Positions 26,440-39,615 of a DNA stretch of 64,000 bases are shown here, piece by piece. The position numbers and the translations under genes were made by a program. This stretch comes from Eledone cirrhosa. Its lineage: Eukaryota. The stretch spans positions 15,314,001 to 15,378,000 of the forward strand of contig OZ024757.1 of the NCBI GenBank assembly GCA_964016885.1. Reading direction: 5' to 3'. Positions within the stretch are counted from its first letter, which is position 1. Each line of letters starts with the position of its first letter. The notes below the pieces were generated by a model that worked only from the letters and a program-made list of their open reading frames with translations, did no database searches and was not told the origin of the DNA.

Positions 26440-26451
26440 TATAAATAAACA

Positions 26452-26483
<32 letters not shown>

Positions 26484-27295
26484 AATATATATGTATATAT
26501 ATATATATACATACATATATATATATACATATAAATATATACATATAAATATATATGTATATATATATATATAAATATAAATATATATGCATATATATAT
26601 ATATAAATATAAATATATATGCATATATAAATATACATCTTTATATATGATAGAGAGACAGAGAGAGCAAGAGTGTAGAAACCATGCAGAGAATATTTTA
26701 AATATATGTATAATGGAGAGATAGCACCTTTGTAATAGAAGGAAGAGGGAGAGGAGAGTAATGCTGCTTATTTAAAACAAATTTTAAACAAAAACAAAAG
26801 AAAAAACTACCAAATTATGAATAGAAGGTATAATTATGTATAAAAAACATATTTTCCAAAATGGGAAACCCTCTAGGGTCGATATATATATATATATATG
26901 TATGTGAGTTAATTACTCAGATAGCCAATATAATAAATTATAAGTCAACATTTTGCGTTAAAAAATTTTGATTGTCTGTTTAACCATTTAGCATTTAAAC
27001 CGGCTGCATCGGGCCAGAATTCTTTCACCTCTTTCCGTTCAAAACAGCCGTAACTGGCCACTCATACTGATGTTAAGGTATTGTTCTCAAAATAAAAAAA
27101 CATCAAAATCTCATAGATTCAATATTATGTGAGATAAAGCCTTTACTTGGAATATACAATAGTATATATAGAGTAATGTAAATGCTAAAGGGTTAATTAA
27201 AATAACCTAGATGAAATTCTCTAATAAATTCAAATACTGAAATAATTAAATATATTAAAGTAAGCAAGATTGATGTATGTTTGTGTAAATGATAA

Positions 27296-27485
27296 ATAAT
27301 TGTTTCTACTTTTGGCACAAGGCCAGCAATTATCACAGTGCATTACTGGTACTTTATTTTATCGACCCCGTAAGGATGAAAGGCAAAGTTAACCTCGGCG
27401 GGATTTGAACTCAGAATGGCAAGGGCCGTAACTCTTTGCGTCAAAGCATGGTGTCCGACCCTCTACCGATACTGCCAATCCACCA
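27296..27485 (-). mobile_element. SINE family 1 copy
   Basis: Homology to other copies. Confidence 0.88.
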
Positions 27486-29789
27486 TGTAAATGTTAAATA
27501 ATATTGTTTAGTGTGTGTGTGACTAAGTTATTGAAGAAGAGGTTTTGATAATATTCATGAAAAAGTAGAAGAGCCATCTTGTATCAATTAGGATGACCTT
27601 GTAAGAAGTGACTAAATTGGTTGGTGCCAGGAAGGGCAAACGGCCATAAAACATTGCTTCAAAAAGGACTACATGATGAGCATGAAGCTTTTCATGGGGC
27701 CCACATGGCACACCACTGTGATAACAGGGCAAAATGATCTTAAAACACTTGCTTGCTTGCTCTTAATGATCAGGAAGATTCATTGTATATGCAGCAGTTG
27801 CTCATTTTTCTAATATTCTTCTTCTTCTTCTTGAGCCATCCTTCTTTTGAAGGTAGAGCTTTCATTTTGCTTTTCCTAATGGTTAGAATATATGTGGCTT
27901 GCCACACCCGCATACTTATTGGATCAATCGACAAGACCCCAGACCTCATTCACTTACTGAGTGGGGTGGAGCTTATTAAATCGGACCGAGGAAACAATGT
28001 TTCCATTGGTTTCTCTAATAGCTGATACTATCTAACAGTTACAAATCCTGGCAGAAAGAGCAATGCGAAATACTATAACAATCTCTAATTCAGGTACAAA
28101 GCCAGTAGGAATTGAGAGATCTGAATATATTGACCCCAGTATTAGACTGGTATATTATGTTATCGACCCTGGAGGGATGAAAGGAAAAGTTGAATTTGCC
28201 TTTATTTGGACTCAGAATGTAAAGAACAGGAACACTAAATAAGAAGTTCCACAAAAACATTAATAGTTTTTGGAGGCCATGGACACATTTAAAAATAAAT
28301 AGCACTAGATTCTTCTAAATGCATGTTGATATTTACTGTCAGGTCAGGCTTCTGTCTGTTACTGGCACCATGTAAACCAGTACAACCTGCTTCATGGTTG
28401 AGTGGTCGGTGACTAAACTGGCTCCCCCACCAGACCCTGGTCAGGTGAGGTGGGTGAGTAAAATCCCAACAGCAACAAAAACAAAAACCGTTAAAAGAGC
28501 AGATGAACTGTTTAGAGTCGAATGCCATCTGCCCCAACTATGGGTTAAATAGCCTCACCAACTAAACCAACTGACATGACTAAAACCAAACAGAAATGAT
28601 AGAAGTCAACCAGGGAGGGTTTCTTCTAGCAGGAGTGAGAAAGCCTAAGATTGGATTTGTAGTAATCTAAAAATGTAATTGTATCTTACTGGGGAGAGTT
28701 AATGCATAGCATATTTTTGTTAGACGCAATAATTTTCATTCGACTTTTAAATATTGATATTAAATTTTTCATTGTATTTTGCAGTTATTGATAGACTTAG
28801 CAGGCTAGGTTGGATGTTGGATAAACATTAGGAAATAATTTAAAATAACAGCACTATTAACACTAAGAATAATGGGGAGCGGGGCAATGAATTGTTTTTT
28901 TATTTTACTTTTTAGTATGCGTTCTCAACGTTAGTGGGAGAGAGTAAGGAATTCTCAAACTGGAGATTTGGTCTGAATACCTATAACCGAATGGATTTCA
29001 CTAAAGTCTTCTCTTGTGAAAATGAGTATAGATTTCATAATGTAAAATCTCCCCATTTTGCCTCATTTCTCTTTGTTTTAGGGCACTTTTTTTCATGATA
29101 CTTCCTGTTTTAGAAGTTGGCAGGTCTGCACTACAGCTAAAACAGTTGTTGAATTTCATTATTATTATTCAAAGTTTGCTCAGTTCTCAGACTGGGGATG
29201 ATATTTAATCTTCCAATCAAGTCAAATGACCTCAGATTGAAAACAATTTCTGCAGAATGTTCACAGTTTCTAACAAAGCAGATTTTTTGCAGGGTAGTTA
29301 TATTTGGTGAAATGTCACTTCTCTTCAAATAACAATTTCAGTTTTTGGTTACCAATCCCTATGTTCCTATCACTATTGGTAGCATTTTCATGTTTTTGTC
29401 TCACTATTGAGCAATTTCAACTCTCAACTCAAAATAGTAGTTGTTATTATTATTATCAAAATAAAGTACCAGTAATGCACTGGGTAAATGCTGGCCTTGT
29501 GCCTAAAGTAGAAACAATTATTATTATCAAAATTGTTTCTGACCAACTGTAGAAGCCTGCCAGAAACAGTTCTGTATGAGCAAGACATGGTCTCCCAACC
29601 AATCTTGCCTCAAGTGGGACAAAACCGTCCAACCAATGCTAGCGTGGAAGATGGATGTTAAATGATGATGATCATCATCATGTCCTCACTGAGGATTGAT
29701 CTTAATTCCTGATTTTGTCTCAAGATTGCAAACCATATCCAGTGGTCTTAGGACTCATGGCATTGTTTCCTTCTTTTCAGTTTGTATCT

Positions 29790-30170
29790 AATACCTTTCC
29801 TATTATCCTTGCCATGCTAAGCAAACAGAGTTTCTATGACATTTCTACTGTAACATTCAGTTTCAGTTATTATTATTTCCATTACTATTTTTTTTATTAT
29901 TTTTTATTGCGCATCATTACTGCTTTACTGAGCACAGCTCTGTGTACCTTGGGTATGTGCAGTGTAGTTTTTGCTGATGTTTCTTTTGTATTGATAGTAC
30001 TTTTCATATTTGTGCAGTGCCTAGTAGTGCTGCCTTTTGTATGCTGCATATATTTGTAAGTCCTCGGGTTTTGGTTATGTATTTGTCTGTGTTTTAATCA
30101 TTCCTAGAGAACCTATTATTATAGGTACTGTTTCTGTTTTCATTTTCCACATTCGAGTTATATCTTTCTC
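29790..30170 (-). mobile_element. Two 3' fragments of R4/Dong-like (REL-endonuclease) non-LTR elements
   Basis: ITRMWKMKTETVPIIIGSLGMI...IQKAALLGTAQI*KVL, and a second CLLSMARIIGKVL. Confidence 0.7.
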
Positions 30171-30500
30171 TATTATTATTAGAATTATCATTGCAAGGAA
30201 GGAGGATGGTGGGTGCATAAAAATAGTAAAGTAACATAAAAAGAAATAATGATAATAATAATAATGATAACAATATATATATATATAAGTGTACAACAAA
30301 AGGAAACAGAAAGGAAACTGTTTTTTTTTTAAGCGAATAGGAGTAGGAGGTGGGGATGGGTGAGAAGAGAGTGGCTGTGGTGGTGGTGGAGGGTGGGGCA
30401 GGGGTCTGAGGAGTGGGTGGGTGAGGAGCTCAGTTGGCAGGGACTAACAGAGAGGACACTCAAACAAAGAGGCAGCAGCCAACAAAATACAGTTTTGAAC

Positions 30501-30635
30501 CTTGAGTCCAAATCCGAGTAACTTCAGAACACACTCAATGGAGAAAAGAACAGTGAAGGCAATGTTTATGTATTTTTGAATATCCAGGAAGATTTTGGCC
30601 TGTGGGTTCGGAGCAGTATAAGGGTCGACATAGAA
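30501..30635 (-). CDS. Cav2: Cav2 IV S1-S2 loop + IVS2, alternative exon B (FYVDPYTAPNPQAKIFLDIQKYINIAFTVLFSIECVLKLLGFGLK)
   Basis: ttttttcag acceptor, weak AAG|gttcaa donor, 135 nt, phase 0-0; same S2 consensus as exon A. Confidence 0.9.
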
Positions 30636-31352
30636 CTGAAAAAAGAATAAAATACCAAAAAAACAATATTACTATATACATAAGAAATCCATACTAATAT
30701 ACTTGCCTGTTTATCGATTGATCAGATTTGTCCTTGTGTGACTGGTCTCAATATATTTTATACCATAAACATGCTCAGACATCAAGAAATATTCAATCAG
30801 GCGAGCCCATCACTTTTTTATTTTACAAGCCATAAAGGGATTTAAGCTTCAACAGATCCTTGATCCATGTTATCATTATTATTAATATTAATTATGATAA
30901 TTACTGTTGTTATTAAGTTGGAGTTTTTTTGTTTGTTGTTTGTTTGTTGTTGTTGTGGTGGTTGATGGAGCATCAGTACGAGATTGAATATTTGGTGAAT
31001 CTTAAGTAAAATCTAACATCCATGTCCATATAGCTAGCATCATCATCCGAGAGGAAAGAAGAAGATTACAGTTGCCTAACTTCATAGAACAAGCAGAAAA
31101 CAAAACCCAGAATCCTCAACAACTATTTCTAGTGGAAATAATAATGTAATAATAATAATAATAATAATAATAATAGTAATAATGATAATAAAATAATAGT
31201 AATAATAATTTAAAAAAAAAAGACAGCAGAAGCAACATAGATAAAGCCAATTGGAACCGAAATGGAAACCCAGAAAGGAAAATGGAGAAATGAAAGAATT
31301 TCTTTTTAGATAAAGCTGAGATGTACAAACATTTTACTCTTATTTTATCAAT

Positions 31353-31414
<62 letters not shown>

Positions 31415-31462
31415 TATATATAATACATTTATATACATATATTATATAATACATGTATATAC

Positions 31463-31500
<38 letters not shown>

Positions 31501-33320
31501 CATTTATATACTTTATATATATTTTTTTATAATACATGTATATACATATATATATATTTGATATAATACATGTATATACATATATATATATAATGCATGT
31601 ATATACATATATATAAAATATATAATATATATACTACACATATATATATATATTATATGTATATAAAGTATTATTTTTTCTGAACAAAAATTGTTAAAGT
31701 ACTCAACATAAAGATATACATACCAACTAAACTGTGTCATGACTGACAGACTTGAAGTTTCATGATAAAAGATGCTTTAAAATCATGGATGAATGAAGCA
31801 GAAAGCAATTGATTTTAAAACATGTTTCAAAATGAAGGTTGATGTCTTCTATTACACAGTTTAATCTATATGTTTATATATATATATATATATATATATA
31901 AGTATGTGTATGATGAGTGAATTTTTTTTTTTTTATGATTGATGTTGAACATCACAGCTTTGAAAAAATAAAGAATAAGTGCTTCAAGATCTCTAATTAC
32001 CCAAATCTGCTACCTTTGAGATTGAGAAAAGCTCCAGACAGTCTACTTAATTCCTCAGTTGTGTCTTTTTCTTATTATTCCTTATAACTGTCATCTTTTC
32101 ATTTTATTTTATTTTATTTATATTTGTAATTTTTTTGTTGCTAAGAATATCTAATATAAGGGCAGATAATTATAGAAAAATATAACAGAAATTGTATTTA
32201 AAATAAGGTCATTATATGTTAGTATGTATAATATTTAAGAATGTTAGGCATATAAAATGTATGTAATTAAGTTTAATTTTATTTGCCCCCTTGACATTAA
32301 ACCTTCCCTAGTTTTATAATACAAATGTATATATTTATCTAAAACCCTTACATAAGATCCTTTGTTAAGTTATGCTTCAAACACCAACTTACTAATGAGA
32401 AACTTAGTTATTTTATTAAATCTTGCCAAATTCTTAAATATTTTCAAAATCATTGGTTAAGACTGTAAAATCCAGCAATTCTTTCTTTAGGGTTGCGACC
32501 AGTAGACAGTATTAGCAATTGAAAAGACTAATTGAAACATTGTTTCCTTGGTCCGATCTGACGAGTTCTGCCCAACTCGGTGGACAAACTGGGGTCTGGG
32601 ATCTGGTCAATTTGGACCTTTTTTTTAACTATATAGTTGAAGATATTGCCATTTAAAGACCTGCTTTAGTCTCTCTCCTTAAATAAGTTACCTCAATTGT
32701 AGAAGTGTGTGTATTCATACAATTACTGAGAAGTCAATATCAAAGGAATTCATTTAAACAAAATTTTAGATAAATAAGTTATTCAAACCTCCTTTAACCC
32801 CTTTAAGATACATAATTCTTTTCTTCCTTTATAATTTGTAAATTTGAAAGATATAATTTCCTTATGATAATATCAGCTTTACAATGATGATTTCAATTTA
32901 GCTTTATACTATTTTCCTTTCCATACATTTTCTGTATCTATACATATAAAATACATTTCATTTTGTTATATTAACAAGTTAGAAGAGTATACAAAATTTT
33001 AAGTGTTGTATATATATATATATAGATGTATTGTAAAGAAATCCATAGAGTTTGCAGAGATATCTCCATTTATAAATCTTTGTATATATATATATATATA
33101 CTAATTTTGTTAAAAAGATTTTTTGTATTAGTTGTTTAAAGAGAGAAAATATGTTTGCTAATTTAGCATATGTCCCTTGAAACTGGAGGACAACTTAAAT
33201 TAATATGAATTTAGTAAAATAGGTTCTTTTGATAACCTGACAAAGGTAGCAGCTGGAAGTATTGTATCAAAAAAAAATAACATCAGAACAATCTTTGAGA
33301 CCCCATGTTTCCTGGCTTAC

Positions 33321-33431
33321 CCTTATGCCAAATCCCATTAATTTCAGGAGACACTCTATCGTGAACAACACTGAAAATGCTGAATTAAGATTCCGAAGAC
33401 TACTTTTATACTCTTCTGTTGAGGGATAACA
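33321..33431 (-). CDS. Cav2: Cav2 IV S1-S2 loop + IVS2, alternative exon A (CYPSTEEYKSSLRNLNSAFSVLFTIECLLKLMGFGIR)
   Basis: ctttgtcag / gtaagc, 111 nt, phase 0-0; S2 consensus N..F..LF..E..LK...FG. Confidence 0.93.
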
Positions 33432-33449
33432 CTGACAAAGAAAGGGGAA

Positions 33450-34300
33450 AATATATAATATATATAATATGATATAATGTATAATATATGTAATATAATG
33501 TATTATATGATGTAATGTAGCATAATATAATGTATTATATTGTAATATAATTTAATATAATATAATGTAATTAATATAATATATATAATATGATATATTA
33601 TAATATAATGTAATATAACATATTATAATGTAATATAATTTAACATAATGTAATATAACTTAAAATATAATATAATGTAATATAACTTAAAATATAATAT
33701 AATGTAATATAACTTAAAATATGATATAATATAACGTGATATAACTTAATATATAATATAATGTATTATAATGTAATTAATATAATATATATGATATGAT
33801 ATGATATGATATATTATAATATAATTTAATATAACTTAATATAATATATTATAATATAACTTAATATAATATATATATATGTGTGTATTGAACAATGAAA
33901 AAACACACAAAAGTCGAAGATAGGTTCTTATGATAATTTGTTCATTGTTTTACAATCGTTTCAGAGGGTTGATTGATCATGGTAGATCGATATATTGACT
34001 AACGGGTTGTGCTTATGTCACTACCTATTTCTAGTCTCGAAATCCTTGATCCATCTCACCGTCTTCCTCAGAAACAATAATATAACTTAATATAATACAA
34101 TATAATATAATGTAATATAATGTAATGTAATATTATGTAATATAATATAACATAATATAGTATAATATATTGTAATATAATGTAATGTAATATTATGTAA
34201 TATAATGCCATGTAATATAATATAATGTAATATAATATAATATAATGTAATATTATGTAATATAATATAATATAATGTAATGCAATATTATGTAATATAA
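33450..34300. repeat. (TAATA/TAATG)n microsatellite block interrupted by the hammerhead-bearing insert
   Basis: Direct inspection. Confidence 0.9.
33944..34078 (-). ncRNA. Type I hammerhead motif with extended stem II
   Basis: attgttt-CTGAGGA-(~100 nt with complementary ends)-GAAA-cgattg-TA-aaacaat; perfect 7-bp stem I. Confidence 0.7.
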
Positions 34301-34869
34301 TGAGCTTGTTTTCTTTCTAGACATAAATACCAATGAATGGTTTTGAAACGAAAGAAGAATGAAAAAGAATGAAAGAAAAGAAAAGAAAAAGAAAGACAAA
34401 AGGCAACAACAATATTCAATAAAGAAACAAAAGAATTGTCGGAAAAAAGAATGAAAGAAAGAAAAAGCGTTAAGTCTGAAAAATAAAAAAAAAGCAATAT
34501 GAAAGTATTGAAACTATAAACTGGCTTTAAGTGTTCAATATTGTTAATATATTATAAAGATTGGACCAGTTAAACCCAGCAATACATTTGGTACATTTTA
34601 AGCCATTTGTTACCATATTTTTAATGACATATAACATATTTCAGTTAGTTAATAAAGAATTTGAAGAAATTTTCTAAAATTATTGATTATTTTGTTATTA
34701 AGAGAGTATTTGTAACAAATGGTTCTTATATGGAATTATTTTGGAAGATTTTAATTTACTAAAATTATTTCATTATTAAGAGAGTATTTGTAACAAATGG
34801 TTCTTATATGAAATTATGTTGGAAGATTTTAATTTACTAAAATTATTTATTGATATTAATATGTTGGGT

Positions 34870-35036
34870 CAGTGGTTCCCAAAGTGGGTTCCGCAAAGGA
34901 CTGACTGGAGTTCCGAGAAGAAAGGTAGAGGAATATATTTATATTATGACCATATAACAGTATTAGACTTTGGGGTTCCCCCAAAAGTTTCTGAACCAAG
35001 AAGGGTTCCATGTCTGAAAATGTTTAGGAAACCCTG
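34870..35036. mobile_element. Non-autonomous hAT-type MITE
   Basis: cagtggttcccaaa...tttaggaaaccctg; TSD tgttgggt/tgttggtt. Confidence 0.75.
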
Positions 35037-35159
35037 TGTTGGTTAAATAATGCTAGGCGAGGGAAATCAAGTAGAGAGGGCTGCCTGCATGCATTGACAT
35101 GTGTGTACCTCTGGTGGTCTGGCAGAGTTGTTACAGCATTGGACAACTACTTAGCAATA

Positions 35160-35455
35160 TCATCATGATCATCATTTTACGTCCGCTTTTCCCTGCTTGC
35201 AAGGGTGGGATGGGAACTGATTCTGGCTCGATTTCTACAGCTGGATGCCCTTCCTAACACCAACCTCATTTACAGTGAGTGCTGGGTGCTTTTTTTTTCC
35301 GTAGCGCCTACATGTCCACTTTACAGTGTGGGCTGGGTACTTTTTTGCCGTGGCACCTCCACGACCATTTTGCAGTGGAATGATAGGGACCCGGTCCTAT
35401 CATCTCATTTCTACAGCTGAGTAAACTGGAGCAATGTGAAATAAAGTGTCTTGCA
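35160..35455 (-). mobile_element. SINE family 2, 5'-truncated
   Basis: Reverse complement of the 3' part of 13886-14226. Confidence 0.85.
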
Positions 35456-35607
35456 ATATATTTCCCATTTTTTTAATGTTCTGAGTTCAAATCTCGCCGA
35501 GGTCAACTTTGCCTTTCATCCTTTTGATAAAATAAAGTACCAGTCAAATACTGGATCTATTTAATCAACATTCCCCTTCTCTCCTTTCAAATTGCAGGAC
35601 TTGTACC

Positions 35608-35806
35608 TACAAGGGTCGGCTGAAACCTTCATAGGCTAACTTTGAAAGAGTGATGCTAGAGCAGTGAAACCTTGCATTGATTAATTTCTCTTCTTATTAA
35701 TAACTGCCTTGTTTCTTTCCAGGGACTATATTGAAAAATAAACCTCATTTGGTCATTCCATGAGTGTATCTTGTTCAGCCTATAAACTTTTCATCCAACC
35801 TTCATG
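35608..35806 (+). mobile_element. Internally deleted mariner (MITE)
   Basis: tacaagggtcggctgaaa..ataggct / agcctataaacttttcatccaacctt; retains the gggactatattgaaaaataa (GDYIEK*) transposase end. Confidence 0.75.
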
Positions 35807-36961
35807 TTTGTTGAATGAAATGGCAAGATTATATTTCCATCAAGGCTGGATTAAGTCATTTTGAGGCCTTAAGCACTTAAAACATCTTGGAATTCACACC
35901 CTATATAAAGTCTGTAAAACATTTTTGGGGGAATACAAATACATTTAATTTAAATAAAATGATGCCCTCTTCATGCCCTAAGAATGTGTTTATTTTGGCT
36001 TAATGATCAATCCTAGTCTGGCTCCACTTAGGGGGTCGGTTTCTGTCATGAAGCATTTTCCCAAGATCAGGCAATGTGCTGATCCAAATGTTACCAGATT
36101 TAAGAGGTCCAACTTACAAATATATATGATCAAACTTATCATAGTTACGAGTTAACTGTGTAAATTACAATTCTTCCCAAAGATATGTCAATTTTCTCAT
36201 TGTACATTGTTACTTTTATAATTAATTAACCATTAATAACTTTCATTTAATCAAATAAAATCCAAATATTGCTTAATTAACGTTTAACAAAATCATTCAT
36301 GAAAAAATAATATGAAGACAAAAAATTGAAATTTGAATACCCACAAAAACAACAACAACAATTTTAACAGCAGCTGCAGTAGTAATGATAATAGTAGTAG
36401 TAATAGTAGTAGTAGTAGTAGTAGGAGGAGGAGGAGGAGGAGCCGATTGTAAGAGTGGACCAAACAAACTATATTTCCATTGGTCTTTTCATTGCCGATA
36501 CTACCTACTAGTTGCAACTCTCTTAATGAAATAAATAATAGTTTTAATAAATCCCTCCGAATTTTTCATTAATTAAATAAAATACAGAACTAATTAGAAA
36601 TATGGTCATGGAAATGTTTACTCTTTTGATATCAATTTAGCCAAAACCCACTCCTGGTTCTATGAAACCAAACCACCCTTTTTAAAGGGATCCTATTTAA
36701 ATAAAAAATATTTCAACATAATTTTATAAAGACCCATATATTAAGCTACTATATTAAGCAATGAAATAATTGATAATTTTAATAAATCATTGAAAATTCC
36801 TCATTAAACTTTTTGATACCAGCCTGGCCAAAACCCACCTCTGAATATCTGAAACAAATCCACCCATTTTAAAGAGTTCCTATTTAAATTAAAATTTTCC
36901 AACAACATTTTATATAAGAACCATATGTTAAGTTACTATCTTAATAATGAAATAATAATGA

Positions 36962-37152
36962 AATAATTGTTTCTACTTTAGGCACAAGGCCAGCAATTAC
37001 CCAGTGCATTGCTGGTACTTTATTTTATCGACCCCGTAAGGATGAAAGGCAAAGTCAACCTCGGCGGGATTTGAACTCAGATCGTAAAGGGACGTAACTA
37101 TGCTGGAAAGCATGGCGTCCGACCCTCTACCGATACTGCCAATCCACCGCCC
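36962..37152 (-). mobile_element. SINE family 1 full-length copy
   Basis: Near-identical to 47948-48140; TSD-like aataatgaaataat. Confidence 0.9.
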
Positions 37153-38528
37153 TACAATAATGAAATAATAATCCCTCAACATTTTTCATTAATTGATTAA
37201 AATACAGGGTTCCTATTGAAATTAAAATCTTCCAACATAATTTTATATAGGAACCACATGTTAAGTTATTATCTTAGTAATGAAAGAATTATCTATTTTA
37301 AATAAATCACTGAAAATTCTTCATTAATTAATTGAAATGGAGTGTCTTTCATTAGAAATACTTTCACGAAAGGGTTAAAGTAAATCTATTATTTTTTAGC
37401 TGACAGTCTAAGATTTTGTTAAACTGTAAACAAATGTCTTTAGAGGGATAAAGCTTAGAGAAAGGCAAGGGTCCCAAGAATTAACATTACAAATTATCCA
37501 GTCAGCCATTCTACAGAGCCAACAAGTAAGAAGATATAGGCCAGTGGTTTCCAACTCTTTCTCTCCAAACAACCCCTTTTATTTAAATAAACTCTCCAAA
37601 GCTCCTACCTCACTATAATATCAATCAAAATAGAGAAATGGTTATTCTTAGAGACAAATATACACCCAATAGTGTTTGTATAATACATTTTAAAAAAATC
37701 ACTTGAAAGTGTTATACATTAAGGATATAAGTGACATTAAGGATATAACAGTCAGAAGAGAGAAATATTTAAGTATAAAAATTTCCCAAACTTTCTAGTT
37801 TTTTACTATGAAATATTACAATATTTCCCCTGAATTCCCAGACATCTACATTAAAATATCCCCAACTTCCAATTCCCTCAGTGTTTTACATTGAAATGCT
37901 GCAACTGTATTTCCCTGCTCATTTTTCTGAAACAAAGTGAGTAAACATGAATATTAAAAACAAGGAGATTTCTTAGTATATCATAGTTTTTGTTATTTCT
38001 TCATGAGAAAAAATATAAAAAAACTAAGAAATGAACCTATAGATTAATTAATGCTTAAATATTTTCAAATTGGACTTTTAATGATTTAAATTAAGTTAAT
38101 GTAAACAGTATAAAATTATTTTTCTAATTAAGTATTCATCACTTTTATCTTAATTTTTACATCCACTTTTCCAAAGCTTATTTCAGTTATATGAGTTTTC
38201 TTCAATACAGCCTCCCTTCATTTTTATGTTTCCAGTGACATCATCTTTGTAAGGTCCAGCAATCTTGAGGTCATCTTTCACCACTTCTACTCACCATCAT
38301 TCTTCATCTTCCTCTTCTGTGGCTTTCTTCCACTTGGAACCCAGTAATGATCATCCGTACACATTACATGCCTGTACTAGAGTAAACCTCTCCTGTACAT
38401 CTACATCTGATTCCTCATATGCCCAGTTTTTCTCTCAACTCATTTCTGCTTTGTTGATCACAAACACTAACATTACACATCAAATGGACCATGCTCAATT
38501 CTTTCCAGCTTTTGCATATCCTTTAAGT

Positions 38529-38828
38529 TAGGGGCGTGCAACAGGCGGCCTGCGGGCCACACTTGTCAGAGTGGCCCGCGATGACCATTTTTAATGCCTT
38601 GTAGGCTTATTTAAAATTTTTTACGTAACCGTAATACAATTTTCTGTTAGTGGACCTATACTAAAGGGCTTCACTGATAGGGTTATGTGTGTTATAATTT
38701 CCCAGTTCCATGTTATGGAAAGAAGTTGTGGTGAATCTTTGGAATAGTGCTTAATAAATATCAATGGCCCTAATAGTTGTTCCAAAGCTCAAAAGTGGCC
38801 CACCAATGGAATATGTTGCACACCCCTG
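38529..38828. mobile_element. Non-autonomous hAT-type MITE
   Basis: taggggcgtgcaac...gttgcacacccctg; 8-bp TSD ctttaagt. Confidence 0.85.
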
Positions 38829-39130
38829 CTTTAAGTTATCAGAAACTTTTAATATGAAATGCTTTTACTCTAGTTCATTTCTACATTTGTATTCAATGAA
38901 AGAACTCATAACAGGCTTTCATAATAAATATTTTCATAATAAATTAGTTATGAAGATAAATATATCAATTGACTTTATAATTAATTAAAATGTAAATCTA
39001 ATTATTATAAAAGCAGATATTATAACCAGTGTAAATACTTCATGTTTATATTATATAATCATTAACTCATTAACAAGTCATTACCAAATGGAAAAAGAAA
39101 ATGAAAGAAGAGAAGAAAGAAATAATTTAC

Positions 39131-39295
39131 CTTCATCATGAGTACCACTGTATTTAACGCAATGAGCACCATGACAACATACTCAAATTTGGGTGATACA
39201 ACTACTTTCCAAATTTTGTATTTGAAGGAATTTTTATTTTTGGGCATATATCGACAGGAGGGCCGTGCTTCTATGGCAAATTCTATACACTGTTT
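39131..39295 (-). CDS. Cav2: Cav2 exon III-IV linker + IVS1 ([19 protein letters not shown]...[19 protein letters not shown])
   Basis: ctttcag / gtaaat, 165 nt, phase 0-0. Confidence 0.97.
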
Positions 39296-39309
39296 CTGAA
39301 AGGTGAGAA

Positions 39310-39615
39310 AACAACATTGTGTAAGTATATATCACATTTGTGTTCAATATACATCCCAAAAAACAACATTGTATGAGTATATATCACATTTGTGTTTTAT
39401 ATACATCCATGAAAACAATATTGTATAAATATCTATCACATTTGTGTCCTTTATACATCCCAGAAAACAACATTGTGTAAATATATATCACATTTATGTT
39501 CTATATACACCCAAGAAAAAAATATTGTAGGAGTATATATCACAACTGTGTTCTATATACATCCAAGAAAACAATATTATATAAGTATATATCACATTTA
39601 TGTTCAATATACATT
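39310..39615. repeat. ~52-bp minisatellite, ~6 copies, abutting the IVS1 exon acceptor
   Basis: Repeated aaaacaacattgtgtaagtatatatcacatttgtgttc...atacatcc. Confidence 0.85.

Noticed and set aside
24331-26638. Long YI/HT-repeat ORFs (up to 201 aa)
   Set aside because: Translations of (TA)n/(CA)n microsatellites
15105-30500. A third IVS2 exon or alternative IVS3 exon
   Set aside because: Unique stretches at ~17.7-17.9, 22.7-23.0 and 25.6-25.9 kb give no S2/S3-like peptide with splice sites, though micro-exons cannot be excluded by eye
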